A stretch of DNA of 64,000 nt from a virus: the IMG/VR virus record IMGVR_UViG_3300020473_000015. One strand, written 5' to 3'. The notes beneath the pieces are model-generated. The model ran no database searches. It was not told the origin of the DNA and was given only the letters and a program-made list of their open reading frames with translations. A program made the translations under genes and the position numbers. Below, piece by piece: positions 44,601 through 55,900 of this stretch. Each line of letters starts with the position of its first letter. The stretch's first letter is position 1.

Positions 44601-47600
44601 TATTAAGAAGATAATACTTTCAGATGAAGAAGATTTAGGAAAAGATTTTGAAAAAATTATGGCACTCCTAGAGCCCGAGATGATGAAAAATAAATATCCT
44701 CCTTTATTTTGTGGCCCCTGCGCACCAAATCAAGTTGGAATGAAGCCGATAATGGATAGCCAAACTCACCCATCACAACTGTTTATGCATCAGAGATTAA
44801 ATGATCATACATATCAAATAATTGATGATGTTTTTAATAACAATTTATCTGCTTACAAGCCAATCATTAATGAAGTTGGAGATATGGGAATTATTAATAC
44901 TTTGATTAGTAAAATTCCATCTAATGAAGAAATAGATCCAAAACAAGCAGCTAGTAAATATGGTGAATTTTTTGGTGATATGCTTCAATCTGTAGGAACT
45001 GACCCTAAATATCAAAACACTCCCAACAAAAGCGTTGCAGAAAAACTTAAAAACACTATATCAAAAATTACAGCTGATAATAACTTTTTAGGACAGATAT
45101 ACACTTATAATCCCGATAAAGGTATTGCTGTTTTTAATTATGATATACCTAACTCCTCTATTGAATTATTCCTAGTTATCAATCTTTCTAATGAGTCTTA
45201 TAATTTTAGAGGCGACGTTACTATTACGCCCCCGCAGATTAAACTTATTTCTTATAACGCTGGGATGAAAGAATATTCGTTCCCTCATGATGATGCTCCC
45301 ATGGAAGATTATAATGAGGATGATGTTGGATTTGAGCTTTTCGATTATTGGACCGAGAATCCTTCCGGAAATCAAAGTGAAATAGTGCCAACTATGATGG
45401 CTAAGGGGCTGCTTGAGGGAACATCCCAGTCTATTTTTAATGCCGTATATCCACTTGCTGTGAGTTTAATGTTGGAAACGGTTTGGAATAATACGACACA
45501 TAATGAATTGTTTTTATCTAAAAACTTCAATGCGATGCCACTGACTAACGAAGAAGTTAAAAGCAAGTGCGCTGAGACTAGCATTACGCCCTTATTAGAC
45601 CCAGAAGGAACTAAGCAGGATATAGATGATATGCGAAAAGTTTTGGAGTGTGTCACCAGCATGTTTGCTAAACCTGATGCTCTTCAAATTGCTAATTTAT
45701 TTGGCCTGTATAAATCATTAATAAAGGTTTGTGTTACTGAAGAAATTCTTAAAGTATTTTTTATGTACTCTTTTGCAAAGTTAAGTGACATCATTGAAAG
45801 TGATCATTATATGCGATTGTTGGTAGATAATGTTAAAAATTCAGTTGAGAGTGTAATGGCTTCAGGCTTTGAGGAGCTTAAAGAATATTGTTCTAAGTTA
45901 GTTAATGCTAGGTTAAAATTGGTAGATGAGAGCGAGCTAGAAAACAAAACAGAACAAGAGAAAGCAGAGTTCTTAAGAACTAAAGATCCTGATGAAAGCT
46001 TGAATATGATTATCACAGAATGTGCACTAGAAGTAGATAAATTATTCGATACTAGAGTAAAAGATCATATTAATGATGAGTGGAAGAATTTGTTTATGAG
46101 TTTGGATGACATCGATAGCAAAGATCCTCAATCTTACCTCAAAAATAACCTTTTTCAGTATGCTATTAATCCGCGAATGATGATGGATAGCAAATATCCT
46201 GCTAGAAAATACATTTATTCTAATGGCAACGGCCCAGCCACACTTGGATATCAACTAGAATCTGGAAAGCTGCCATCATTTGAATTGGCCTCTGATAATT
46301 TGGACGCCTATCATTACGGGTATCCTGAACAAATATATCGCCCACTTCCAGTTAATACATTCGGCGGCCTATATTTTGAGCCATATGTACGAATGACTTC
46401 AAAACTCGAAATCAATGATTATCAAGCGCACCCTGCAGGGTCAGGCGAAAATGTTCCTAAAGATAACATGCTTACCATATGGCAAGACGGGGAAGCAGTT
46501 CAAGTTGTGGAAAAAGTTAGTTCTATATTATCAGAGAGCGAACAGGCATATTTTAAAATATTTTGGTCCCGCTTTAAATCAGCATATGCTCATTGGGATA
46601 AAGCAACATTTCGAGACACACTGGATACCAATATTAAAGAAGCGTCGTCCCACAGTGGTGAAAGGGAGGTGTTTGATAATTTAAATTCTAATGGTCAAAC
46701 TAAAGATCTTTGGCTTCGCAATACTGATGTTGGTTCTAATCAGCAAGATCCAAATGCTAGTTGGCCGCGCGGCGCCGGAACTGCGTTTTATCAAACAAAA
46801 CATGGCATTGGCGACACAGAAACTGTAAAACACATACATCAATTTCTTGGATCACTTATAGATAAAATAGATGCTGAAATGCACGATCATAACGTTTTGG
46901 TTTTCTGGCGAGCGGACGACACTAGATCAACTTTCTTGGAATTTTTTGACCTGTTTTTTTCTGTTTGCAATATTCTTGGTACGCCATACGATGTAGCACC
47001 AGACGACGAATCTAAGGCCCATGGTTTGAAAAATTCTATGAAGGCTTATATTGATCAAAGATCTATTTTTACAAATATTGTAAGTTCTTATAAATTTAAT
47101 CATCCTTCTCCGGACACTACAAATTCATACGCAGGGAAAGGAACATTTGGTTACGCGAACATCACAGGAGATGAAGGCTGGGCAGATGCATATTATTATT
47201 GGCAACATTATCCATACGGAGTGATTCCAAGCGCAAGAATACATTTTTTGAATAGAGGCGTTATTAATTTCAACACTTTTTATAAATCTTATTGGGGCCT
47301 AGCTAATAATTTTGAAAAAATGAAAAAGAACAATGCTACGCTTTCAAATGCGCGTGGAACAGATGATTACCAAAGTATATCAACAATTGACTTATTTGCC
47401 AATTCTAAAAATACGATATTTGGGATTGGCGACACAATAGATGCTGGCGTAGATATTCCGACATGGGAAAGCATATCCGATAGCGCAAAAGCCGAATGGC
47501 TTAAAAAGTATGAAGAAACAGGCAACGAAGAATATGCATTTAAAGCACAAGATGGCTACGGTTATTGGAAAGGTTCAGATTTTCTCAATAACTCAAATGT

Positions 47601-49107
47601 CAATTCTAAAGAGTTTATGATCTCCATACAAGATTTTTTGGTTAAGCACAAATTTCCAGACATGGAACTCCCGGATCTTTCACCCGACAACCCCAACGCC
47701 GTCATCACAGGGTCCTGGAAAAATATGCTTATTGATAATGCGCTATCAAAGAATGCCAAACAAATTTGTTCTTTTTACAATTGGCTTAGATCGATTTTTA
47801 TTGAATCTCCTTTTGATGAATGGTTTGATTTTAATCTTGGTATGAGGCTTAATTTGGTAATACCATATGAAGACAACACCAATTTGAAAGATTATGTGTC
47901 TCAATATATTAAAAATAACATTGATTCGCTAACTGGCTTCGACAATCTTCCTGATGAACTTAAAGAAGTCGCAAAAAATGATAGAAATTATAATCTAGAT
48001 AAAGTTTTTCTCCTCTCCCAACCGAAACCCGGTTCGCCCATTGAAGATATTTCTGGAATTCGTTGGCTGTGTTTGCCACTGGAAGTGGTTGAATATAACT
48101 TAAGAGATTATTGGCAAGAAATACATGAAAAATATGGCGTCAGCGAAATCGGCAAAACTCGACCAGGACACATAATAGCTTCGAAAATTAAAGAGGCTGA
48201 GAAAAAAACGAATGGTAAATATGACTCTACTGTTCCAGATAGTCCATGGCACATAATTATGAAAAATATTGTAGAGTTGGGCTTCGGAAATATTCAGGAT
48301 CCTGGAGTTGGGTATAAATATGATTTCTGCCGCGGCGGCGATAAAGGTCTAGAGGTTGCTGGGGCCTTACAACAGAATTTTTTCAAAAATGTGCATGCAC
48401 CTATGAAAATAAACACTTCTTTCATGTCACCTCATAAAACGACTGAAAAATATTATGTATCAGATGTAGATGAGTCTAACATTATGCGCCCAACTTTATG
48501 GTCTGCCTGTAGATTAATTCAAACTGCATTAGCACAAGGTCTACGTACAGGCGCCACAAGCTCTGAGCCAAACCCAATAAGAAAAGAAGTGCTTGATAGA
48601 TTAAAATTTGAATTACTCAATAAGGTAATAAAGGATAATAATAAATATTTAAATGAACTGTTACCAGTTGAGGAGGCTGTTTTTACAACAGCAATGGTGT
48701 ATCGCTATTCTATTGTAAGCGCATATCCGTCGCTCCAAGACTTGTTTTTGCCAACAAAAAAATTAATTAATTCTTTTATTGTTCAAATGTTAAAGACAAT
48801 AGAAGGAGACTACACATATGTTAATGAAGTACTTGAGGGCATGGACTCTCAGGAAAAATTAAATACAAGTTCTCCATCACCAGATTCTATTGCTAAAATA
48901 TTTTTTGAATTAATAGTTCAAATGGCTGCAAACACTGTCGATCCTACTTGGAAGACTCCTTGGTTTATGCCGGGACCATTAACTCCAATTGGCGCCATCG
49001 CAAAAGGTATTTCTATGGATTGGGGTAAAGATGGAAAAAAAGAAGAAAAGGAAACACTTGCAGGTGATGAGTGTGAAGATAAAGAGGCAGCAGAAACAGA
49101 AGCTTAG
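41653..49107 (+). CDS. giant hypothetical protein (2484 aa), probably structural
   Basis: Uninterrupted 7.45 kb ORF with SD GAGG, between the spike and gp25-like genes. Confidence 0.85.
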   Translation: MAIGKLEKEIEKIWNRLKDEPEKGWVKSEKKYFQDKAAETIYNPDLATFTASSLDIIDKNWPKEGWPTQVSKLKSYYGIGPSVSKSTRGTNANENRNMGEKQHWWEKTNAHISEDNKYYVVPVLFKNITSNKHLIDYKGPDGKYKIGSPSEEGTLLHKETEFSDLCKKVALKKLKKDLHKAMSNKQIEDWYKQYAIIPSDINVPRSVNPQTNQPDIVTITNSWRIVPRKPEYQNLFVKVLFDKGWVDSLPPEVDPTIDYANTNREVLILLKDLKQYLTNMTTILYHFDTQMHNAWIENGVESSFQGKCVSEQIGKIYGILSDLMVKNGKAPLEPVFVSKSLDMSENGAFQFGFTKDYDLQYIAFSDVADCLCEEDVNMNAYALREGLLEMKMAGPFANRTVNNFIHKLPDINRRYSKYIKGVDKVNNDLFGTQQSYLKFINTYVYPTPETSFQGAGEATNFEKMWLGTMATFDELKNPLWKDALFTGKYVKDPLQLMSPEVKNMIVGASNATYITTGDSVMMKALTDDLKSITALYDKLLHKIPISELLKVAGKMIFQCLGPDVKRKICKVILKTIPIGELRMVLYPCLRNVENGDLAIAKLEEMVTGRTGEVYKIASSRYPDKFPANADQWTQAQALASMTSMYCSDPYMQKKLGRSPDDFNDELAAWADTEATDAICSCVIQLYGPIGEILEQAQEVADDVIDGMMSSSKKKAYNLEREATLAIDRMLNPIKRYLDGGNMMKDLADAFVKGLQDMAMSLVYATVMVLIKYVKDQVLGSLTRDLCNSPNGSPFGFTGPGDWLRNSTIYKDKDQQQVWDVMKNFEAKHFFNADIQGAFDTSRWDKLSFAFSPSEFKRMFANPCADTSFTKELEIVSDIFTPDKTKAEMEENFPGESVDAIAAQVGYDPTRKNQFYNHDGTTVNLEGLITTNQARDFMVEVGSHIDPNIIEDAQAQYHQYSNAWAELCLPGIPEELSKTIDPEDIKKIILSDEEDLGKDFEKIMALLEPEMMKNKYPPLFCGPCAPNQVGMKPIMDSQTHPSQLFMHQRLNDHTYQIIDDVFNNNLSAYKPIINEVGDMGIINTLISKIPSNEEIDPKQAASKYGEFFGDMLQSVGTDPKYQNTPNKSVAEKLKNTISKITADNNFLGQIYTYNPDKGIAVFNYDIPNSSIELFLVINLSNESYNFRGDVTITPPQIKLISYNAGMKEYSFPHDDAPMEDYNEDDVGFELFDYWTENPSGNQSEIVPTMMAKGLLEGTSQSIFNAVYPLAVSLMLETVWNNTTHNELFLSKNFNAMPLTNEEVKSKCAETSITPLLDPEGTKQDIDDMRKVLECVTSMFAKPDALQIANLFGLYKSLIKVCVTEEILKVFFMYSFAKLSDIIESDHYMRLLVDNVKNSVESVMASGFEELKEYCSKLVNARLKLVDESELENKTEQEKAEFLRTKDPDESLNMIITECALEVDKLFDTRVKDHINDEWKNLFMSLDDIDSKDPQSYLKNNLFQYAINPRMMMDSKYPARKYIYSNGNGPATLGYQLESGKLPSFELASDNLDAYHYGYPEQIYRPLPVNTFGGLYFEPYVRMTSKLEINDYQAHPAGSGENVPKDNMLTIWQDGEAVQVVEKVSSILSESEQAYFKIFWSRFKSAYAHWDKATFRDTLDTNIKEASSHSGEREVFDNLNSNGQTKDLWLRNTDVGSNQQDPNASWPRGAGTAFYQTKHGIGDTETVKHIHQFLGSLIDKIDAEMHDHNVLVFWRADDTRSTFLEFFDLFFSVCNILGTPYDVAPDDESKAHGLKNSMKAYIDQRSIFTNIVSSYKFNHPSPDTTNSYAGKGTFGYANITGDEGWADAYYYWQHYPYGVIPSARIHFLNRGVINFNTFYKSYWGLANNFEKMKKNNATLSNARGTDDYQSISTIDLFANSKNTIFGIGDTIDAGVDIPTWESISDSAKAEWLKKYEETGNEEYAFKAQDGYGYWKGSDFLNNSNVNSKEFMISIQDFLVKHKFPDMELPDLSPDNPNAVITGSWKNMLIDNALSKNAKQICSFYNWLRSIFIESPFDEWFDFNLGMRLNLVIPYEDNTNLKDYVSQYIKNNIDSLTGFDNLPDELKEVAKNDRNYNLDKVFLLSQPKPGSPIEDISGIRWLCLPLEVVEYNLRDYWQEIHEKYGVSEIGKTRPGHIIASKIKEAEKKTNGKYDSTVPDSPWHIIMKNIVELGFGNIQDPGVGYKYDFCRGGDKGLEVAGALQQNFFKNVHAPMKINTSFMSPHKTTEKYYVSDVDESNIMRPTLWSACRLIQTALAQGLRTGATSSEPNPIRKEVLDRLKFELLNKVIKDNNKYLNELLPVEEAVFTTAMVYRYSIVSAYPSLQDLFLPTKKLINSFIVQMLKTIEGDYTYVNEVLEGMDSQEKLNTSSPSPDSIAKIFFELIVQMAANTVDPTWKTPWFMPGPLTPIGAIAKGISMDWGKDGKKEEKETLAGDECEDKEAAETEA

Positions 49108-49183
49108 AAATATATTAATGAGGGTGGAGATTTTATAATAAAAATATATTTTTTATTCTAATTACATAAAAGGAGATTCAAAT

Positions 49184-49582
49184 ATGGCAACCGGTTATGC
49201 TCCAAAATTGCCCCTACAATATGATGAAATAGACGGCTTCTATAAAATGAACAAAACAGTGGGTGATGTTATTAAGCAAAATATTAAGATGGTTGTTTTA
49301 ACATCTCCTGGTGAAAGGATGATGAACCCAGAGTTTGGAGTGGGATTGCGCAATTACTTATTTAACCCAGAGGCATCAGATGTTTTCGTAAATTTAAAAG
49401 ATAGGATCAACCAACAATTAGAAAAGTATGTTCCTTATGCGAGAATAATAAACATACAAAGAATAAGTTTGCAAGATATTCCAGGGGAACCAGACCCAAC
49501 AAATTCAATGGGAGTACAGCTAATATATACAGTGCCAAATGCAGGGATAAGTGATTCGCTTACTATTACTTTTAAGAATTAA
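49184..49582 (+). CDS. baseplate wedge protein, gp25/GPW family
   Basis: QNIKMVVLTSPGERMMNPEFGVGLRNYLF. Confidence 0.92.
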   Translation: MATGYAPKLPLQYDEIDGFYKMNKTVGDVIKQNIKMVVLTSPGERMMNPEFGVGLRNYLFNPEASDVFVNLKDRINQQLEKYVPYARIINIQRISLQDIPGEPDPTNSMGVQLIYTVPNAGISDSLTITFKN

Positions 49583-49589
49583 ATTATCT

Positions 49590-49600
49590 ACTTATTTATA
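49590..49600 (+). promoter_or_regulatory. variant putative late promoter (ACTTATTTATA)
   Basis: Intergenic, followed by SD GAGGA and ATG 49620. Confidence 0.45.
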
Positions 49601-49619
49601 AAGAGGATTTGTTAAAAAT

Positions 49620-51416
49620 ATGGCAACAAAAAAACCAGCAATAAATTATACAAATAGGGATTTTCAATCAATACGGGCTGATCTAGAATCTTATGTTAGG
49701 AGATATTATCCGGACAATTATAGGGATTTTACCGAAGCATCTTTCGGGGCAATGATGCTGGACACAGTTGCTTACGTTGGAGATATGTTGTCTTTTTATA
49801 CCGATTACCAAGCAAATGAATCTTTTCTAGATACAGCAATTGAATATGACAATGTATTAAAATTAAGTCGCCAGATGGGTTATAGATATAGTCCTTATCC
49901 ATCTTCTTTCGGCGTATGTGATTTTTATATCACAGTCCCTGTAGAAGCTGGCTCACAGTCTCCAGATGAAAATTATATGCCCATACTTCGAAAGGGTTCA
50001 ACCTTTCTTTCATCCGGTGGTTCTGTTTTTTCACTCTTAGAAGATGTGAATTTCGCACTTAGTGAAAATCCAATAGTTGTGGCAAATCAAGATGTGGATA
50101 CGGGCAATCCCTCTACATATGCCGTCCGCGCTGCAGGCCAAGTTGTTTCTGGGGAGTTGGCAGTACAAGAAGTACAGGTATCGTCATATACTCCATTTTT
50201 AAGAATAGGGCTCGTTGGCGAAAATATAAGTGAAGTAGTATCAGTATTTGATGATAAAGGAAATCAATATTTCGAGGTAGATTACTTAAGTCAAGATGTT
50301 TTATACGTTTCTGTTATAAATAGAAACTCTAATAATAGTACAGTACCTTATATTCTTAAACCTGTGTCTGTTTCCCGTCGCTTTAGAGTTGATTCAACGC
50401 CTGACGGCCTTTATTTACAGTTTGGCCAAGGAAGCGAAGAAACTCCTGTTGAAGTGAAAGATCCATCAGAAGTAATATTACAATTGCACGGTAAAGACCA
50501 CGTTTCAGACACTTCATTTGACCCTTCAATTTTAAATCAAACTGATAATTTAGGTGTAGCTCCGTCAAACACAACCTTGACGATCATTTATAGAATAAAC
50601 AGGGAAGAAAATGTAAATGCAGCTGCACAAACAATAACGAGAATTGGTACTGTAGACTTTTCCTTTCCAGCAGACCAGCAAGGCCAATTAAGTGAAACAA
50701 AGATTGACGACGTTACAACTAGTTTGGCTGTATTAAATGAAGATCCTATTATTGGCGATGTGGGTGTTATAAGCACTGATGAAATTAAAGAGCGCGCCCG
50801 AGCCAATTTTGCATCTCAATATAGAGCAGTTACCAAACAAGACTACATAGGCATTGCTTATAATATGCCGTCAAAATATGGGAAATTTAAAAGAGTCGCT
50901 TTGGAATTAGATTCAGACTCTTATAATCAGAGAAATTTAAATTATTATGTCATATCAGAGGACATTGATGGATTTTTAGCTACTTCAAACAACACTCTTA
51001 AAAACAATTTAAAAACGTGGATAAATCAATATAAGATGATAAATGATACGATTGATGTTTTGGATGCTAAGATATGTAATGTTGGCATAGAATATAAAAT
51101 TGTTCCATTTCCTGGTACAAACAAATATGATCTTCTTGTTGAGGCGAATACAACTTTAAGAGATGCCTTCACTAAAGATTTTTATATCGGGGAACCAATA
51201 ATAGTTACTGATATATACCAAATATTAAAATCGGTACCTAATTTGTTAGATGTTGTTGATGTTCAATTAACTGTAAAATCTGGTGCAAATTATGCCGACT
51301 CTCCAATATCTATAGGAGACGCACTTTCTGCAGATGGAAGATTTTTATTCCCCCCTTCAGATACTATTTTTGAATTTAAGTATCCAGATTTAGATATTGG
51401 AGGCACGATACAGTAA
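49620..51416 (+). CDS. baseplate wedge protein, gp6/baseplate-J-like
   Basis: NYTNRDFQSIRADL, YVGDMLSFY.D.QANE.FL.TA and RAVTKQDY. Follows gp25. Confidence 0.88.
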   Translation: MATKKPAINYTNRDFQSIRADLESYVRRYYPDNYRDFTEASFGAMMLDTVAYVGDMLSFYTDYQANESFLDTAIEYDNVLKLSRQMGYRYSPYPSSFGVCDFYITVPVEAGSQSPDENYMPILRKGSTFLSSGGSVFSLLEDVNFALSENPIVVANQDVDTGNPSTYAVRAAGQVVSGELAVQEVQVSSYTPFLRIGLVGENISEVVSVFDDKGNQYFEVDYLSQDVLYVSVINRNSNNSTVPYILKPVSVSRRFRVDSTPDGLYLQFGQGSEETPVEVKDPSEVILQLHGKDHVSDTSFDPSILNQTDNLGVAPSNTTLTIIYRINREENVNAAAQTITRIGTVDFSFPADQQGQLSETKIDDVTTSLAVLNEDPIIGDVGVISTDEIKERARANFASQYRAVTKQDYIGIAYNMPSKYGKFKRVALELDSDSYNQRNLNYYVISEDIDGFLATSNNTLKNNLKTWINQYKMINDTIDVLDAKICNVGIEYKIVPFPGTNKYDLLVEANTTLRDAFTKDFYIGEPIIVTDIYQILKSVPNLLDVVDVQLTVKSGANYADSPISIGDALSADGRFLFPPSDTIFEFKYPDLDIGGTIQ

Positions 51417-52909
51417 TGGCGATTAAAAGATACTTTGCAGACGCAGACAATACAATAACCAACGCATATAAAGCCAATTTAACCGAACGTGGTGTTAGTG
51501 GAAATATGGGGCAATCTGATATTTTGGAAACTTTTTCCATTTATGCTCAAGCATCAACAGCATCATCTGAATTCTCAAGAATATTAATTAAGTTTCCAGC
51601 AACTGGGTCAACGTCTGAATATATGTCATATGATAGAGAGCAGGGAAACATTCCTGCTTCTGGAAGTGTTTCATTTTATTTAAGAATGTTTAATGCTAGA
51701 CACTCTCAAACAACTCCTAAGAATTTCGACTTAATTGTTTCTGCTGTGTCACAATCATGGTCTGAAGGTGATGGCCTAGACATGGAAAACTATTCAGACG
51801 AGGATGAATCTAACTGGATATCAGCAGTTGCATCTAGTAGTGCAGGAGCAGGCACCTGGACTACGGAAGGTGGAGATTATTTAACAGACTCTTCTTCATC
51901 CTTTACAGCATCTTTCGACAAAGGTTTTGAAGATATGGAATTAGACATCACTCCTCTAGTTGAACAATGGATTAATAGTTCTGGAAATGTTCTGGGTTCA
52001 AAGTCAAATTATGGCGTCGGGGTGAAACTATCTTCCGCAGAAGAAGATGCAACTACTTCATATTATACTAAAAAATTCTTTGCAAGGGGATCTCAATACT
52101 TCTTTAAAAGGCCATATATTGAAGCACGGTGGGACTCATCCAAAAAAGACGATAGAGGAAACTTTTATTACAGTAGCTCATTAGCTCCTGCTGCCGATAA
52201 TTTGAACACTCTTTATCTCTATAATAATGTTAGAGGTCAATTAAAAAATATTCCTGCAATTGGAACTGGCAGTATTTTAGTGAGTTTATATTCTGGATCT
52301 GCTGACAACACTGAGCCTTATGGATCAAAATTGGTATTATCTGGAGACGCCACCAATGCTACGGGAAGTTATAATTCTACTGGAATATATGAATGTTCTT
52401 TAGCATTTACTGGATCCACCTCTTTAACCAAAGTTTTTGATGTGTGGCACAGCGGCGGCGTTGAATATTTTACCGGCACTATTGAGCCAAAAAGCTTAAC
52501 TCAATATTGGCCCGGAGAATCTACAAACCCAAATAAACAATTTGTTAGTCATATATCTAATTTAAAGCCAGTTTATTCTGTACAAAATACGAATGCTAGA
52601 TTTAGGCTTTATACTAGAAAAAAAGATTGGAGCCCAACTATTTACACAGTGTCCTCAAATGAGGCACAGGTAGATTTAGTGGAGGATGTTTACTATAAAG
52701 TCTATCGAGTACATGATGACCTAGATGTAATCACTTATGGTACGGGAAGCGATAATCACACTAGAGTTTCATTTGATGCCAATGGAAGTTATTTTGACTT
52801 AGATATGTCTTTATTAGAAGCAGATAACGTATATGCAATACAGTTTGTATATTATTTAAACTCCCAATATGTTGAGCAGTCTGAAGAATTTAAGTTTAGG
52901 GTAGAATAG
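51416..52909 (+). CDS. Ser/Thr-rich virion structural protein (beta-sandwich domains)
   Basis: 497 aa, translationally coupled to the gp6-like gene. Confidence 0.7.
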   Translation: MAIKRYFADADNTITNAYKANLTERGVSGNMGQSDILETFSIYAQASTASSEFSRILIKFPATGSTSEYMSYDREQGNIPASGSVSFYLRMFNARHSQTTPKNFDLIVSAVSQSWSEGDGLDMENYSDEDESNWISAVASSSAGAGTWTTEGGDYLTDSSSSFTASFDKGFEDMELDITPLVEQWINSSGNVLGSKSNYGVGVKLSSAEEDATTSYYTKKFFARGSQYFFKRPYIEARWDSSKKDDRGNFYYSSSLAPAADNLNTLYLYNNVRGQLKNIPAIGTGSILVSLYSGSADNTEPYGSKLVLSGDATNATGSYNSTGIYECSLAFTGSTSLTKVFDVWHSGGVEYFTGTIEPKSLTQYWPGESTNPNKQFVSHISNLKPVYSVQNTNARFRLYTRKKDWSPTIYTVSSNEAQVDLVEDVYYKVYRVHDDLDVITYGTGSDNHTRVSFDANGSYFDLDMSLLEADNVYAIQFVYYLNSQYVEQSEEFKFRVE

Positions 52910-52910
52910 T

Positions 52911-55900
52911 ATGCCTATAGATTATAAAAAACTTTACCAAAGTCATGACATAATTTTAACAAATGCAAATCCGGATAATTTAGTCGAAAATGGCACTTTA
53001 GAGTCAGTTGATTATTTAAGAAATTATTTTAAAAGCAGAGAGCGTTATAAGCCCCCTGTAGACTTTTCCAAGCTTAAGAATTTTGCAAGATTTGGCTCTG
53101 CAAAGAAATATTATGTTGACGCTTTTGATAGAATTGCAGAAACTTATCCCTATGACGGATCCCTAAAAGAGAGAATAGATTGGGAATTAAGTTCTTCATA
53201 TTTTGATCTATATGTTTTTGATCAAGTATATCCTAGAAGCAATGGATATGTCACCATTTCGGCTGAAGGTTGGGGAACTCAAGCTGCATCTTCAGATCAC
53301 TATGGCGCCACCGCAACCTCTTCATATGAATATATTTTTATAAAAGGTGGGCCTCACGGATCACAAAGATCAAAAGATAAAGATATCACTGATATAACTG
53401 GCGATTATAAGAGTGGCTATGCCAACATTTGGGAGCCTGCAAAAAACAGAGAATCGAATTTAAAAATTGGTGGCATCGACGGAAATACAGTAGAATTCTG
53501 GATGAAAAAATCAGAGTTTGTTACTTCTAAAACCGGACGAGAAGTTATATTTGATGCCGCTACTTCTGATTATGATTATACTAGTTCAAACTACGGACGA
53601 CTGAGAGTTGAATTAACCGGTACAACTTCGGATTGCCCCATTGCCGTTACGTGGTTATCGGGTACCACCGGACCTAACCTTAGTGGTTTCCAAGGATCCA
53701 CCGTAACAACAAGTTCTATTGCTGATGGTAATTGGCACCATTATGCGATTACGCTTGAAAACAGCGGCACTTCAGCTGTTATGAAATTATATTTCGATGG
53801 TGTTTGCAACGGCGAACGCACACTTCCCAATTCTGCAATTGGTGACGTTAATGGTAATATTAATGCCACGATTGGCTCTTTGATTACTAACCCTTCCGGG
53901 ACTACACAGCCAACAAAAGGTTGGGGTAAATTATCGGGATCATTAGACGAATTTAGATTTTGGAAGGACACAAGAACCTCTCCAGAAGTCTTAAGATATA
54001 TGATTGAGCCGGTCGGAGGTGGTACAAACACTGATGACGCAAATACTTCTTTAGGAGTATATTATAAATTTAATGAGGGTATAACCTCAGTGAACTCAAC
54101 AGACCAAACTGTTTTAGATTATTCTGGAAGAATTAGTAATGGTACATTTGTTGGATACAATTCTTCAGCAAGAAATGTTGGTTCTGCGATGGTCAGTTCT
54201 GGGTTGGTAGATACAGAATTTAAAGATCCTATTTTATATACTACTCATCCAGATGTAGAGTCGATCTTAGAAACAAAAAAGAAAGAGGGAGAAATTCATG
54301 ACTTTGGTAATAATGCAGCCATATATCATTCGTTACCTGCGTGGATTACCGAAGAAGACGAAGATAAACAATATTCACCTCTCAAAAATTTAACTCAAAT
54401 TGTAGGCTCTTATTTTGATTCATTAGCTGAACAAATTAATTCTATACCACAACTTAAGCACAAAACATATTTAAGTTCAAGCCACAAACCTGCACCATTT
54501 AACGACAGACTTTTAAATTCAATAGGGTTTGATTATTTTCCAGAACTTTTTTCTGACGCAACTGAATTAGAATATTTTAGAAGTAGAAACGATAGATCTC
54601 TATTTGAGAAAAAACTATATGATGTTAAAAACAGAATTTATCAAAACATTTATAACAACATCATTTATATTAACAAAACGAAAGGTACAGAAAAATCTTT
54701 TAGAAACTTAATCCATTGTTTTGGCTTGGGCGATGAAATATATCGTATCAATACATATGGTAATCGCGTCACATATACTCTCAAGGACAATTATAAGTCC
54801 ATAGCTGAGTTTAAAAAATATGTAAACTTTGGTTTAACAGGAAGCTCAGAAGCTACAGTTTTCCCACACTCTGCGAGTTCAAATTCTAACTCTAAAGCAA
54901 TTATATCCGCTTCATATGGCACAACTGATTATTTAGGCTTTACGATGGAGTCTGAAGTTCATTTCCCAATTAGGCATTCATTAGCCGACTCAAACACCGT
55001 TGCAACGACAGACGAGGGCCCAAGTCGACAATTTAGAACTTATATACCATTTACTACTGCTTCTCTGTTTGGTATGCATCAAGTCGGTGATTCTGCCACT
55101 GGAAACAATTTAACTTGGGCTTCAACCGATCAGGCAAACTTTCAAGTTTTTGCTGTAAAAGCTAGCGATTATTCACAGCGCGCCCAATTCGTTTTAACTG
55201 GAACTAGTGATTCTGTTATCGGCGCCCTTAATTTAACAAGTAGTTATATTGATGATGTATTCGATGATACTCGTTGGACATTTTCTGTTTCAGTTAAGCC
55301 AAACTCAAATACCACTGCGGATTTGGCTGTTGGGTCTTCTGCATCTTTTGCCACGATGGGTTACACAGTAGAATTTTATGGCGTAGAAAAAATAGTAGAT
55401 TATGTTAAAAATGAATTTCATGTATCTGGAACTATCACCGCTGATCAAGGAAGTAAATTTTTAAATTATCCGAAAGCTCCATATATTGGAGCCCACAGAA
55501 CAAACTTTTCTGGTACGCTATTAAAAAAAGCTGATGGAAATATTTCATCAACTAGAGTTTGGTATAGTCATTTACCGACTGGCACCATAAAACAACATCA
55601 TCAAGATGTAAAGAACTTTGGTGTCGATCACCCATATAGAAGTACATATTTATATCCAACTCAACTAGATGGTATAAAAATACCTACAATTGATACACTA
55701 GTTCTAAATTGGACTTTTGATACTGTTACTGGCTCTGACTCTAGCGGAGAATTTATTGGCGAAGACTATTCTTCCGGCTCTGCAGAAAAAGTGTCTAAAT
55801 ACGGCGAGTTTGGAGAACTAGTTGGCAAACAATATTTACCGAAAGGATTTAATTTTCCAGCGAGTTCGGCTCTTCCAATAAATAAGAAATTTATTAGCTC

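Noticed and set aside
49137-49157. Rho-independent terminator after the 2484-aa gene
   Set aside because: The inverted repeat is A/T only with no GC stem, too weak to call.
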